Notes: generated from the letters alone by a model not told the origin. A stretch of 64,000 nucleotides of DNA from an uncultured Nitrospira sp. (GCA_964579525.1 CAZOHW010000001.1:80569-144568), one strand, 5' to 3'. Shown: positions 1 to 9,831, counted from the first letter of the stretch. A program made the numbers and translations.

Positions 1-264
1 TCAGACCTGTCCCGCCTGCGAACATGTGTCGGCGGACAACCGGCGGACGCAAGCGCGGTTTGCCTGTGTGGCTTGTGGGTGCGAGGACCACGCCGATCTG
101 GTTGGAGCCATCAATATCCTAAGGGCGGGACACGCCCGGTTCGCCTGTGAAGTGAGCGGTGCCCCAAGGCCGCCAGCAGCAGGAACCCACCGAAACGGAT
201 TGGGAGAGCACACGACCTCCCACGTCGTAGGAAACGCCGCCCTTTAGGACGGCGAGGATGTCAA
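1..264 (+). mobile_element. Right end of an IS200/IS605-family element
   Basis: Subterminal hairpin CGCCGCCCTTTAGGACGGCG (235-254) followed by AGGATG and TCAA (261-264), the typical right-end layout. Confidence 0.8.
2..247 (+). CDS. tnpB: TnpB (IS200/IS605 RNA-guided nuclease), C-terminal part; truncated by the window edge
   Basis: Frame 2 reads QTCPACEHVSADNRRTQARFACVACGCEDHADLVGAINIL: a CxxC..CxxC zinc ribbon followed by the ADxxGAxNI RuvC-III motif. Confidence 0.9.
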   Translation, partial: QTCPACEHVSADNRRTQARFACVACGCEDHADLVGAINILRAGHARFACEVSGAPRPPAAGTHRNGLGEHTTSHVVGNAAL

Positions 265-353
265 GACAATCCCAAGCGGCACGCAACAAGCCGCAGCGTA
301 GCAATCGTCCAACGACCGCATCCTCATTGCCCATTAGAGAAGGAGCCCCCATC

Positions 354-1553
354 ATGCAGCCAGCACCCCAAACGCCAAAACGCCGCTTTGTCAGCATCGT
401 CGGACTGAGTGACGAACGCCGGATTCCCCGGCTCGGCCGCATCAGATTAGGCCACGTCAACTTCAACACCGATTCGGACAAATCCCGTCCCGAAGAAGAC
501 GCGTTCTTTCATGTCCCCCAAGAAGTCGCCGCCGTTTACGGAACTACCCCAACCGAACTGGATATCCTCTTTCCCGTCAACGATCGGAGTGTGGTCTTCC
601 CTCAAGCCTACGAATACTACGGCAGTAGTCGCCGATTGCTCTGTTCCGGGGACGGCCGTCAGGCCATGCGCTGGGATTCTCAAAAACTGACGATGCAGCC
701 CACGGAGTGTCCGTGCAATCTCTTGGGTGAAGGATGTAAACAACGAGGGCATCTCCTCGTCATGCTGCCGAGAGTCCGACAAACCGGGGTCTACCAGATC
801 GACACGAGTAGTCTCATGTCCATCATCAACATCAACTCCTTCCTCCATATGTTGGCCCCGGAAGACGACCCAGACAATGGCCTCCTCGGATACTTCGCCA
901 TGGTCCCCATGAAACTGCGCCGTGTCCCCCGTGACATCTACCCCAAAGGGTACCATCGCAAATCCTACCCATTAGAACTGGTCTTGGATGCCACCGACGA
1001 CGAAATCAAGGAGCTCCGAGCCCAGAAGGAGAAAACTCTCGCCCAAACGCGTAAGTGGACCGTCCAAGTCCCGGAACAAACCAATCCCGAACAAGACCAG
1101 GGCTCCATCATCACCATTGATGGACAAGATCCCAGCGCCGTGGCCGCAGCAGCTCCCGCTGATCAGTCGGCCCAACCGCAGACTCCCACACCCGCACAGC
1201 CCGCAGCGACAGCCGACGCCCCGCTAGGCCTACCACCTATCTCGCAACCATCAGACCCCAGCCCCCAGCCGCCAGCGACCACAAGTCGACCGACCCAGAA
1301 TCCACAGGCCTCCCATCAACCCCCGCCAACTCCCGCCGCCCCAATGCGAAGCGCTCGGGTGACCCCCGCCCAGCGGAACCGGATCTTATCGAAGACCAGA
1401 CCCGTGCAGATTCCCGATCAGGTCGTAGACGCACTGATCGAGACCTACACGAAAAAGCAGGCGTCAGAATTGATCAATCAACTCGATGCGGGGAATTTCA
1501 GTGCGTTCGACCGCCGCGAGCACCGCGAGGTCCCACTACCGGTCGCGGTGTAA
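354..1553 (+). CDS. Phage Gp3-like (recombination directionality factor-like) protein with Pro/Gln-rich linker
   Basis: RIPRLGRIRLG, LLCSGDG, CPC..CK and GVYQIDTSS..SI.NI motifs; AGAAGGAG RBS before ATG 354. The ORF-track start at 258 lies inside the IS end. Confidence 0.65.
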   Translation: MQPAPQTPKRRFVSIVGLSDERRIPRLGRIRLGHVNFNTDSDKSRPEEDAFFHVPQEVAAVYGTTPTELDILFPVNDRSVVFPQAYEYYGSSRRLLCSGDGRQAMRWDSQKLTMQPTECPCNLLGEGCKQRGHLLVMLPRVRQTGVYQIDTSSLMSIININSFLHMLAPEDDPDNGLLGYFAMVPMKLRRVPRDIYPKGYHRKSYPLELVLDATDDEIKELRAQKEKTLAQTRKWTVQVPEQTNPEQDQGSIITIDGQDPSAVAAAAPADQSAQPQTPTPAQPAATADAPLGLPPISQPSDPSPQPPATTSRPTQNPQASHQPPPTPAAPMRSARVTPAQRNRILSKTRPVQIPDQVVDALIETYTKKQASELINQLDAGNFSAFDRREHREVPLPVAV

Positions 1554-2253
1554 TTGATACCACTCGGCTTTTGACCTTCCGCTGAAGGCGTGCCCCGTTA
1601 CGAGAGGAACGAAACACGAGCTCCAAATCTTTACGTGACGCTGGCGGCATACTCAACAATGCCGCCAGTAAGTCATGCTGGCCAGAAATCATCCGATGAA
1701 ATTCCTGTGTGGGTTCATTCGCAAGCGCTAAATAGATCTCTTCACTCGCTCCCAACACCTGAGCCACTCGCCGCACTTGCTCCACCGTGAGGATCGCTTC
1801 CCCCTGAAGCACCCGATTCAGCAGCCGCCAGGGCACCTTCGCAGCCATCAACCTGTCTCGCAGGCGCCGCCGGAAATGCTTGACCATGTCCTGTTCAATC
1901 CGCTGTCGGAATACCTCCGGCATCCCAAGAGGAATCGTGGGAATCGAGAGCTCCTCAACGGTCATTCGCGGGAAGACGTAGTGCGCTCGAGCCCGTAACA
2001 TAGCTTGTTCATATTCAGTCCGTTTCGCCGCCGTCTGTCCACAGAACTGGGCGATACGTCGAATCATCTCCTGCCCCGGCTTTTTCCCGCTATTGGGACG
2101 GCAATAGTTACAAAGAGTGCCCTGTGACACCTTCATTTCCTTAGCGAATTCGCGCTGGGAACGATATCCGGCAGCACGGATGATACCCGTGATGACCATC
2201 GCGAACCGAGCTTCTGGGGTCAGTGCGCGCGCGGGACCTGCCGAATTGTTCAT
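1498..2253 (-). CDS. XRE-family HTH repressor, possibly with a second degenerate XRE HTH
   Basis: SQREFAKEMKVSQGTLCNY HTH; second segment LNRVLQGEAILTVEQVRRVAQVLGAS; divergent from the sigma-like gene. Confidence 0.7.
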   Translation of the reverse strand: MNNSAGPARALTPEARFAMVITGIIRAAGYRSQREFAKEMKVSQGTLCNYCRPNSGKKPGQEMIRRIAQFCGQTAAKRTEYEQAMLRARAHYVFPRMTVEELSIPTIPLGMPEVFRQRIEQDMVKHFRRRLRDRLMAAKVPWRLLNRVLQGEAILTVEQVRRVAQVLGASEEIYLALANEPTQEFHRMISGQHDLLAALLSMPPASRKDLELVFRSSRNGARLQRKVKSRVVSITPRPVVGPRGARGGRTH

Positions 2254-2413
2254 GAATAACCGCCGAAGCGTAATAGTAGAGTGCTGCACGTACTATGACA
2301 TGGCTGTAATCACGCTGCAACGATTATTACGCCCATAAACACAAGAGATGAGCCGCTCCACACCCATTCGCTCCCACTGTGTCACCGTATCTTGTGCACG
2401 TTTGATTACCTTC

Positions 2414-2442
2414 TTGAAATACCCATATCCCTTCACTACAAT
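2414..2442 (+). promoter_or_regulatory. sigma70-type promoter upstream of the sigma-like gene
   Basis: TTGAAA-17 bp-TACAAT. Confidence 0.55.
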
Positions 2443-2505
2443 TTCACCGCTTCGCCAATCGGCACTGACTGCAGATTCTGTTCATGATGGAAAGGAGACA
2501 CGCGC

Positions 2506-3447
2506 ATGAATTCACCACGCGGATGTGACCACTCCTTACTCTTCGGGTCCGACGAATTCCTCTACCGCATCATGGTCGACTACCGCGCAGTGATTTTGAA
2601 CGTCGCCAAACGCTTTCGCCATCTCGACCGCATGTACGACGTCGAGGATCTCGAACAAGAGGCCTTCTTCGGTGTCCGGCTCGCCTGTAATAGTTGGGCC
2701 CACGCACGTGCCATCAAGATGCAATTCAAAACGTACTTGACGTGGCATATCAGCCGCCATTTTCAAGGCCGCTTCAACGGTGACGATAAAGTAGTCGACA
2801 TTATCGGCCAAGATAACGCCATACGCGTCACCATTCCCTGGAGTAAATATAAGAAGTCAGGACGGGCGGCCGCGAGAGCGCGTAACTGCACGACACGAAT
2901 CCGCTCCCTACTCGTCTACTATGACGCTCCAAACGGGGAATGCGACGAACCACAACTCCAGCCATCAAATGATTGGCATCCCATTCATACAGGAGAAGAG
3001 ACGGTCGTCGATATTTTTGATCCAACGGGAACGCTGATCGTCACGGTTCCACGGAATAACTTCTTGCGCGTCCAGGACCTCATTGCAGGCTACGGGTATG
3101 CCATCCGCGAATACTCGATCTATGATCCGCCTCCCTCGCAGTCAACCCGGCACACACTGACCCCTGAAGCAGCCCTTCTGCCGCCTTCAGGCTATACCCC
3201 GGCTGACGAATCGGCTGACTCCCAGGACGAAACCTCACATGTCGTCGACGTCTATTCACGCCGCGAAGTCTTTCTGACCACAATGACCATGAAACGCTAT
3301 CGACTGTTTCAACAACATTTCCAGAAATATGGGCTCAAGACCCGCAGACGGAATCCGGCCCTCACACCAGAACCACTCGAGTATGACGATGTTCCCGAAA
3401 CACCAGCTCCCATGGTCTACATTCAAGAATCCGTCTCCATCGCGTAA
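2506..3447 (+). CDS. Sigma70 region-2-like protein with three C-terminal repeats and no visible region 4
   Basis: YRAVILNVAKRF..DVEDLEQEAFFGVRLA..FKTYLTWHI resembles region 2; three VVD(I/V) repeats follow; AAGGAG RBS. Confidence 0.6.
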   Translation: MNSPRGCDHSLLFGSDEFLYRIMVDYRAVILNVAKRFRHLDRMYDVEDLEQEAFFGVRLACNSWAHARAIKMQFKTYLTWHISRHFQGRFNGDDKVVDIIGQDNAIRVTIPWSKYKKSGRAAARARNCTTRIRSLLVYYDAPNGECDEPQLQPSNDWHPIHTGEETVVDIFDPTGTLIVTVPRNNFLRVQDLIAGYGYAIREYSIYDPPPSQSTRHTLTPEAALLPPSGYTPADESADSQDETSHVVDVYSRREVFLTTMTMKRYRLFQQHFQKYGLKTRRRNPALTPEPLEYDDVPETPAPMVYIQESVSIA

Positions 3448-3458
3448 GGGCAGAGCAC

Positions 3459-3959
3459 ATGACCTCATTAGTTCACTCACGTCCCATGGTCACAATCGAT
3501 TTAGGACAACCACAAGAGACCATCGCACATGGAGAAGCCTTTCTGACAATTGGTCAATTCAAGGCACTCCTCGACGAACAGGGCCACCTCTTTAGTAAAT
3601 CCACCATCTACCGATGGCGCAAGGTCACAAAAGAATTCCTTCCCTCCACCATCAAACACATGCTCGCTCCGGCACCCTCTATCTGGTTTCTCACGATGCC
3701 AACGAATCGGGACTCGGAAGGGGCGACCACGATCATCCCCCTGCGATTTCTGAATGAAGCTGTTCGACCGACCGCACAGAAATACTGTCTGAACTATGCT
3801 TCACCAAGCCCAATGAACCTCTGTCTACTCTCACTGAGAACCTATCTCGCCCAGGCTCAAAAAGAACTCGATCGCCTGACGCATTTCTGTGACGGTCTAG
3901 AAGGAAAGGATCTCTCAAATGCAGAACACAGAACCCGTTGTCATCCGCCTTCCGCTTAG
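3459..3959 (+). CDS. Hypothetical protein with Xis/MerR-like HTH segment
   Basis: FLTIGQFKALLDEQGHLFSKSTIYRWRK; lies in a closely spaced gene chain. Confidence 0.4.
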   Translation: MTSLVHSRPMVTIDLGQPQETIAHGEAFLTIGQFKALLDEQGHLFSKSTIYRWRKVTKEFLPSTIKHMLAPAPSIWFLTMPTNRDSEGATTIIPLRFLNEAVRPTAQKYCLNYASPSPMNLCLLSLRTYLAQAQKELDRLTHFCDGLEGKDLSNAEHRTRCHPPSA

Positions 3960-5097
3960 CCGGCTCTCAACCAATACAGAGTATAAGCACTATAGTCGGC
4001 CACTGAACCCCGGCGAAGCCCGAGATCTCCGTGCAAGCATTGAGGCCGCTGGCTGTATCTTACAGCCCTTGATCGTCGAATTCGTTCAAGCCAAGGCCTC
4101 CTATGACGTCATTGACGGGTACAATCGATGGAATAATGCCATCGCACTCGGATTTATGGACGTGCCCTGCACCCAAATCTTTACCGAACAACAGCGAATC
4201 GAAGCACTCACTGCCAATGCCACCAGGCGACAACTGACAGACGAGGAGCGTACGGCGCTCCTGGCGAAAGGACGCATGGCGTTCACTGACGCCGCAAAGA
4301 AACTCATCGACCCGTTACGGGCGCTGTACCAAAACGGGGACTTATCACGGATCCTCGGCCCGGCCAATGTGTTAGCCTTGTTAAATTCCACAACCCCAAA
4401 ACAAGAAGAGGTCTACGCCAAAATCCAAGCGGCATTCGGCACGCCTCTGCCGTCATCTGGCCAGACCAATACACTCCATCAACGCATTCAGGATCTCTCT
4501 AATCAGGTAGCCTCTATTGAGCGGACCAAAGAACAACTCGAAGCTGATCTCAGCGCGGTAACAAAAGACAAAGCTGCCCTCCAAGAACAGCTGGACCAGA
4601 TGGGACACGACATCGATGAATTAGCGGATAAAAAGGCTGGCCAGAACAAAGTTACTCTTGAAAACCAAGTCAGAAAACTGACCGATCAGATGACAACGCT
4701 CCGTACCGAGCACCAAGCAGCCTGTCGGAACGCCAAGGTACTAGAAGAACAACTCAGATCAGCAGAAGCGGAAAAGAAGGCCGCGCAGATCTATGCGCGT
4801 GAGGCGGAAAAGAAAGTCCAACATACTAATCAACGGTTGACTAACCCACACATCATCATCAGTAACTTCGAGGCCATCAGCCGAATGATTGAGGCCATAA
4901 AAGCACAAATCGTCGCTGCCAAACCGCTTGCGCCTGAGGACGAGAAACTCATCCAAGACCAAATCGAGCAGGCCAGTACCCTACTCGCCGATCTCGATAA
5001 CACCCTGCATTCCGCTACCGGCGAACTGGTACCCTTCAACCGACATCTCAAGCCACGCGGACCAAAACAATCCGGCAACAAAGCGCAAGAGGCGTAA
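3919..5097 (+). CDS. ParB/Srx N-terminal domain protein with long coiled coil
   Basis: LRASIEAAGCILQPLIV..YDVIDGYNRW..NATRRQL; heptad-rich C-terminal half. Confidence 0.7.
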   Translation: MQNTEPVVIRLPLSRLSTNTEYKHYSRPLNPGEARDLRASIEAAGCILQPLIVEFVQAKASYDVIDGYNRWNNAIALGFMDVPCTQIFTEQQRIEALTANATRRQLTDEERTALLAKGRMAFTDAAKKLIDPLRALYQNGDLSRILGPANVLALLNSTTPKQEEVYAKIQAAFGTPLPSSGQTNTLHQRIQDLSNQVASIERTKEQLEADLSAVTKDKAALQEQLDQMGHDIDELADKKAGQNKVTLENQVRKLTDQMTTLRTEHQAACRNAKVLEEQLRSAEAEKKAAQIYAREAEKKVQHTNQRLTNPHIIISNFEAISRMIEAIKAQIVAAKPLAPEDEKLIQDQIEQASTLLADLDNTLHSATGELVPFNRHLKPRGPKQSGNKAQEA

Positions 5098-5301
5098 TGC
5101 TAAATCCCAGGGAAGTGCCGACATCGCTCAACGATGACCGGAAACTCAGACATCAGCACATTCAGAAGAAGCCTCTCGATAACTACATTGGTGGTGTCCA
5201 ATCTCTCATCTTGTGATGTATCCCTAGATACACCACAGTATCTTGACCGGCTCATGCTCACACACTTCCCTCAGCGTTCATAGCTCTCCACCAACTGTTT
5301 T

Positions 5302-5350
5302 AGCCACCTGTCACTAATACAGTGATCCACTGTCACTAGTGCCAGGTGCT
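5302..5350. repeat. Long nested inverted repeat (hairpin)
   Basis: CACCTGTCACTA..ACAGTG-ATC-CACTGT..TAGTGCCAGGTG followed by CTTTCTT. Confidence 0.6.
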
Positions 5351-5404
5351 TTCTTCGGAACTCTCGGTACAATGTAATCCCCTCACTACTATGGAGGGAT
5401 GTGA

Positions 5405-6058
5405 ATGCGTGCCTCATTCTTATCAGAGGACCTTACCATGTCCCATCTCAGCCCAACCCGCTCGCACCAAACCGTCATCCAAGACCTTACGACGATCCTC
5501 CATAAGCTCGGCATACTCTATGCCGCCGAAGCCGCTCCTCAGACTCCAATCGAAGACATTCTGGCGATTGAAACCTTGTTTGCCATCGAACAATTGCCAA
5601 TTAAGAAGCGAACCGTGACCCACCTTGCCACGAACCTGGGCCTCCATCAGGATCCTCTCACTCACATCTTGATCCGGCTGAAAGAGAAGGGATTCCTTGT
5701 TACCACATCCAAACACCTACTGCTCACCAGTAGTGGGATGACAAAGGCAGCCGAGAATAAAGGAACCTCACACCATTTGCTGATCGGACTGCGCAAGCTC
5801 AAGGGACCAACCCTCATAGATTTGTACCAGTTGACCGCCTCTCTGCTCCAAGATCGCATCCACACTCAGATGCTAAATCATGAACCAATTTGTACGCATT
5901 GTCGGTACTACCAACCCAATGCCCATCATAGCAAACGGCCCCATCACTGCCATCTCATTGATACGGCCTTCGGACAAAGTCCGAATGAGGCCAATCCAAG
6001 ACCCTTACTCTCTATCACCAAAGGAATAAGCCCACACGATACAACCCCGAACAAATAG
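5405..6058 (+). CDS. MarR-like winged-helix regulator with C-terminal Cys/His cluster
   Basis: TVTHLATNLGL..LIRLKEKGFL..LLTSSG wHTH; CTHCRYY..PHHCHLID. Confidence 0.6.
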   Translation: MRASFLSEDLTMSHLSPTRSHQTVIQDLTTILHKLGILYAAEAAPQTPIEDILAIETLFAIEQLPIKKRTVTHLATNLGLHQDPLTHILIRLKEKGFLVTTSKHLLLTSSGMTKAAENKGTSHHLLIGLRKLKGPTLIDLYQLTASLLQDRIHTQMLNHEPICTHCRYYQPNAHHSKRPHHCHLIDTAFGQSPNEANPRPLLSITKGISPHDTTPNK

Positions 6059-6137
6059 ACACTCCCAGCCCATGATCGGACTGACGACTCCACTTCCCGC
6101 CGGAACGTATTTACATCAGAGAAAGTACACACTGCGT

Positions 6138-9100
6138 ATGCAACAACTGGGTATGTTTGGCCAGGCTCCTGCGCCTCGCCAGCCACAACCGCGTGTTCTC
6201 CCACGACTTCCCCCGGACGTCCTGACGACCATCGCGGACCCCCTTGCCCTCAACCCTGAACAACTGGCCGTGGTCCGTGCCCCGCTCGGCCCCCTCTTGG
6301 TCATCGCCGGAGCCGGGAGCGGGAAAACCAAGGTACTGGTCCGTCGCACCGCCTGGCTCATCGCATCCGGCATCCACCCACATCAGATCCTCCTCATTAC
6401 GTTTACACGGAAAGCGGCGCAGCAAATGCTCAGCCGTGTCCAAGAGATCACACCCCTCCCTCGCTTCAAAGTCCATGGCGGAACATTCCACAGTCAGGCC
6501 GCGACCTGGCTGAAAACGCACGGTTCCGCGGCCGGCGTCAGCCCGCGCTTCACCATCCTCGATGACGCCGAAAGTGCCAGCCTGCTCCATCTGTTAGCCA
6601 GTAAACAACGGCTCACCGGCATCAAAGGCTTCCCCTCCAAACGCACCCTTCAATCGATCTATGGGCATGCCGCCAACAGCATGACGCCCATCGACAAGAC
6701 GATCGAGCAGCACTTTCCTCACTACGGAGCCTACACCACATCAATCGAAACGTTGCATTGCCTCTTCCGCGATACCAAGTGGGCCCAGCAGCGATTCGAC
6801 TACGACGATCTCCTCCTCCTCGTCCATCGGATCCTAACGGAACACCCCCACAATGCCGCCAGCCTGGCGCACCGCTACCGCGCCATTCTGGTCGACGAAT
6901 ACCAAGACACGACACGCCTCCAAGCTGAACTGGTTCGCCACTTGGGCGCCGCACACCAGAACATTCTCGTCGTCGGCGATGATGCGCAATGCCTGAAAGA
7001 GGGAACCCCCGTCTTAACCCCAGAGGGGTATCGCCCTGTTGAGAGTCTTCAAGTTGGAGACATGGTGCTCAGCGGTTCTGGCTGTGGTCAGATCGCGCCG
7101 TGTCGCATCACTCAGACGTCTTTCAGTTATCCTCGCGACTTCATTCGGATCACCACGAGTAAGGGGCACACAGTCGACGTGTCTCCACAACATGTCTGCT
7201 TTGCGAAGATGAATACCATCAAGCCATGCTGGTACGTCTATCTCATGTACCGAGAGGGACTTGGCTATCGCATAGGAATCACCTCCATCACAAAACGCTA
7301 CCGCAATTCCTATCTGCGTAGCACCAGGGAACATGCGGACAAGTTATGGTTTCTGAAACCTTGCCAATCCCGATATGAAGCTCAATGCTACGAAACGCTC
7401 TGGTCGCTTCGTTACCAGATACCTCAGACTCTCTATGCCCCAGAAGGCCTCACCAAATCAGGCCGGATGACCAATACTCAGTCTAAAGCCCTCTTTCAAG
7501 AATTTGGCTCCAACGGCTACCGGCTCCTCAAGGACTTTGGCTTAGAATTCGAGAATCCAACGTACGCTCCCAAAGCTTCGCGGTCTCGCAATCGCATAGC
7601 CATCAACGTCATTCAATGTCACTCCACTGGCCGGATGAAACGAGATCAGCAACCGAAACACTTACTCGTTGCGGAAAGTCAGCTCGGATGTCATGTAGCT
7701 GCTCAGTTCCCAAACTGTACCGTCAAAGGCCACTATTGGCGTCTACGGATGCAGTCTTCCGACTACCGCTCCTTATTAGTTCTGGCTCAACAACTTCAAT
7801 CCGCTCTTCGTCGTGCACATTACAACGCGATCGTGATCGAGAAGGCTAATTTCCTGAAAGGGCCTCAAGCAAACACCTCTCTATTTCTGCCAATCCAAGC
7901 TGCCGGGTTACTCCTTGGAATGACGGTGCCTGTTTTAGAAGACGGCGCAATCATCACCGACACAATCACCAGTCTAGACCGTTTGCCCAATGACGATGCC
8001 GTGCGTTTCTACGACCTTGAAGTAGAAGGGGCACACAATGTCATCACGAACGGTCTCATCACACACAACTCAATCTATGCGTTTCGGAGCGCAGACGTCC
8101 GCAATATGCAAGAATTTGCGTTCCACTTCCCCACCGTCACCGTCCACACGCTCATCCGGAACTACCGCAGCTCCACCCCCATCGTGCATCTCGCCAACAA
8201 AGTGATCGAAGGTGCCCCGCATCTGCATCCCAAAACATTACTCGCCCAACGCGACTCCCAACATCGGCCTCAACTTATTCAATGCCCTGATGAACCCACA
8301 CAGAGCGCGTACGTCATTCAACAAATCCGTGATATGCAGCAACACGGACTGGGATTACACCGGATCGCCATTTTGTTTCGGTCATCGGCCCATTCCTACG
8401 ATCTCGAAACGGCCCTCTCCCGCCACCGTCTCCCCTTTATGAAATATGGGGGGCTCGTACTCACGGAGACCGCACACGTCAAAGACTTCATCGCCTATCT
8501 CACGGTTGCGTGCCGGCCCACCGATCGCACGTCCTGGCAACGTCTGTTACTGTTGATTGACCGAATCGGCCCTGCCACAGCCGAGCAACTCATCACCACC
8601 ATCAAACAGGCCCCGCGCCCATTAGACGTCCTTCGACGCGATACGAGTGCTGCCCAACACGACCTACACCAATTGGCACACGTCCTTACCCAACTGAATG
8701 ACGAGGCGATTCCCCTCTCTCTTCGGCTCCAAGCCGTGCTCGATCATTATGCGATACCCCTCAAACGCCACTACCCTGACGACATGCGCGAACGACAGGC
8801 CGAGCTCGCCTTCTTGCTCCGCGGGTATCAAGATCTCCCGAGCCTCAACGACGTCCTGGAAGCCATTCACAACTCCGGCCATTCCACCCGATCCGACGCG
8901 GTCCAACATCCCAGCGACACCTTGGTCCTCTCCACCATTCATTCCGCCAAAGGCCTCGAATGGGACGCGGTGTTGATCATCAACGTGGCAGACGGTCAAC
9001 TACCACACAACCGCAGCTTCAAAGACCCCTCTGCCATCGAAGAAGAACGTCGATTACTCTATGTGGCCATTACCCGGCCACGGTACCGACTCTGGCTCTT

Positions 9101-9209
9101 GTATCCAAGCCTGAGCGTGAGCTCCCCCGGTCTCCAATCGACGACCCGTGTGTCCCGTTTTCTTCAATCCCTTGATGACACCCTCTTCGACCACGTGCAG
9201 CTCACATGA
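6138..9209 (+). CDS. uvrD: UvrD/PcrA SF1 helicase containing an intein
   Basis: AGAGSGKT, LVDEYQD, VVGDDAQ|SIYAFR, NYRS, STIHSAKGLEW and EERRLLYVAITR motifs; start may be 6072 or 6138. Confidence 0.95.
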   Translation: MQQLGMFGQAPAPRQPQPRVLPRLPPDVLTTIADPLALNPEQLAVVRAPLGPLLVIAGAGSGKTKVLVRRTAWLIASGIHPHQILLITFTRKAAQQMLSRVQEITPLPRFKVHGGTFHSQAATWLKTHGSAAGVSPRFTILDDAESASLLHLLASKQRLTGIKGFPSKRTLQSIYGHAANSMTPIDKTIEQHFPHYGAYTTSIETLHCLFRDTKWAQQRFDYDDLLLLVHRILTEHPHNAASLAHRYRAILVDEYQDTTRLQAELVRHLGAAHQNILVVGDDAQCLKEGTPVLTPEGYRPVESLQVGDMVLSGSGCGQIAPCRITQTSFSYPRDFIRITTSKGHTVDVSPQHVCFAKMNTIKPCWYVYLMYREGLGYRIGITSITKRYRNSYLRSTREHADKLWFLKPCQSRYEAQCYETLWSLRYQIPQTLYAPEGLTKSGRMTNTQSKALFQEFGSNGYRLLKDFGLEFENPTYAPKASRSRNRIAINVIQCHSTGRMKRDQQPKHLLVAESQLGCHVAAQFPNCTVKGHYWRLRMQSSDYRSLLVLAQQLQSALRRAHYNAIVIEKANFLKGPQANTSLFLPIQAAGLLLGMTVPVLEDGAIITDTITSLDRLPNDDAVRFYDLEVEGAHNVITNGLITHNSIYAFRSADVRNMQEFAFHFPTVTVHTLIRNYRSSTPIVHLANKVIEGAPHLHPKTLLAQRDSQHRPQLIQCPDEPTQSAYVIQQIRDMQQHGLGLHRIAILFRSSAHSYDLETALSRHRLPFMKYGGLVLTETAHVKDFIAYLTVACRPTDRTSWQRLLLLIDRIGPATAEQLITTIKQAPRPLDVLRRDTSAAQHDLHQLAHVLTQLNDEAIPLSLRLQAVLDHYAIPLKRHYPDDMRERQAELAFLLRGYQDLPSLNDVLEAIHNSGHSTRSDAVQHPSDTLVLSTIHSAKGLEWDAVLIINVADGQLPHNRSFKDPSAIEEERRLLYVAITRPRYRLWLLYPSLSVSSPGLQSTTRVSRFLQSLDDTLFDHVQLT
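6990..8069 (+). mobile_element. Intein (360 aa) in UvrD motif III
   Basis: Begins CLKEGTPV; ends FYDLEVEGAHNVITNGLITHN followed by Ser+1; removal restores GDDAQSIYAFR. Confidence 0.93.
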
Positions 9210-9772
9210 GGGACGCCATGCCCACACCCCCACCATTTCAATTCGCCTTCGATGCCACCAGCACCATGCCAGACGCCTTACCGTACGTGGCACGCCTCCA
9301 ATGGAATGCCACGCTCAACCATATCGAACACCAATTGCTACCCCTCCAACAGGAACCCGTCAGCGCAACCCACACCCGTGTCTTCGGCCACTTCCGTGCC
9401 TCTCCCATGGACATTATCGAAACACACCGAGGCGCCATCACCCGCAGGCGGAAACGCCTCGATCTCATCTCGTGGTTTCTGGTGGTCCCACGCGGCTGTT
9501 TGGTGCTGATCGGAGAAGGCAATGACACGACGGCCGCAGAGCGAATCCGGAAGTTTCTCAGCGGGACTCTACCGGTAAATCAGCTCGGGCATCAGCGATG
9601 GGACTTCAACACGGCTGTATCCGACTGGACCGCGATCCCATCCCGTCCCCTCACAGAATCACCACAACCACGGGTCGGATTTCTTGAAGATCGTCGAAAG
9701 ATGCTCTTGAGAGAACTCCGCGAAATCGAAAGTGAACTCAGCCAACTGAAAGGGTCCCATTCCCACACGTAA
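9206..9772 (+). CDS. Hypothetical protein
   Basis: ATGA overlap with the uvrD stop; 188 aa; no recognised motif. Confidence 0.55.
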   Translation: MRDAMPTPPPFQFAFDATSTMPDALPYVARLQWNATLNHIEHQLLPLQQEPVSATHTRVFGHFRASPMDIIETHRGAITRRRKRLDLISWFLVVPRGCLVLIGEGNDTTAAERIRKFLSGTLPVNQLGHQRWDFNTAVSDWTAIPSRPLTESPQPRVGFLEDRRKMLLRELREIESELSQLKGSHSHT

Positions 9773-9831
9773 TACCCATCTATGGCACACACGGCACAGT
9801 GCACACCTTACACGGGCAGGAGACCATCACG

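Noticed and set aside
258-353. N-terminal extension of the Gp3-like ORF
   Set aside because: ATG 258 lies inside the IS right end; the RBS supports ATG 354
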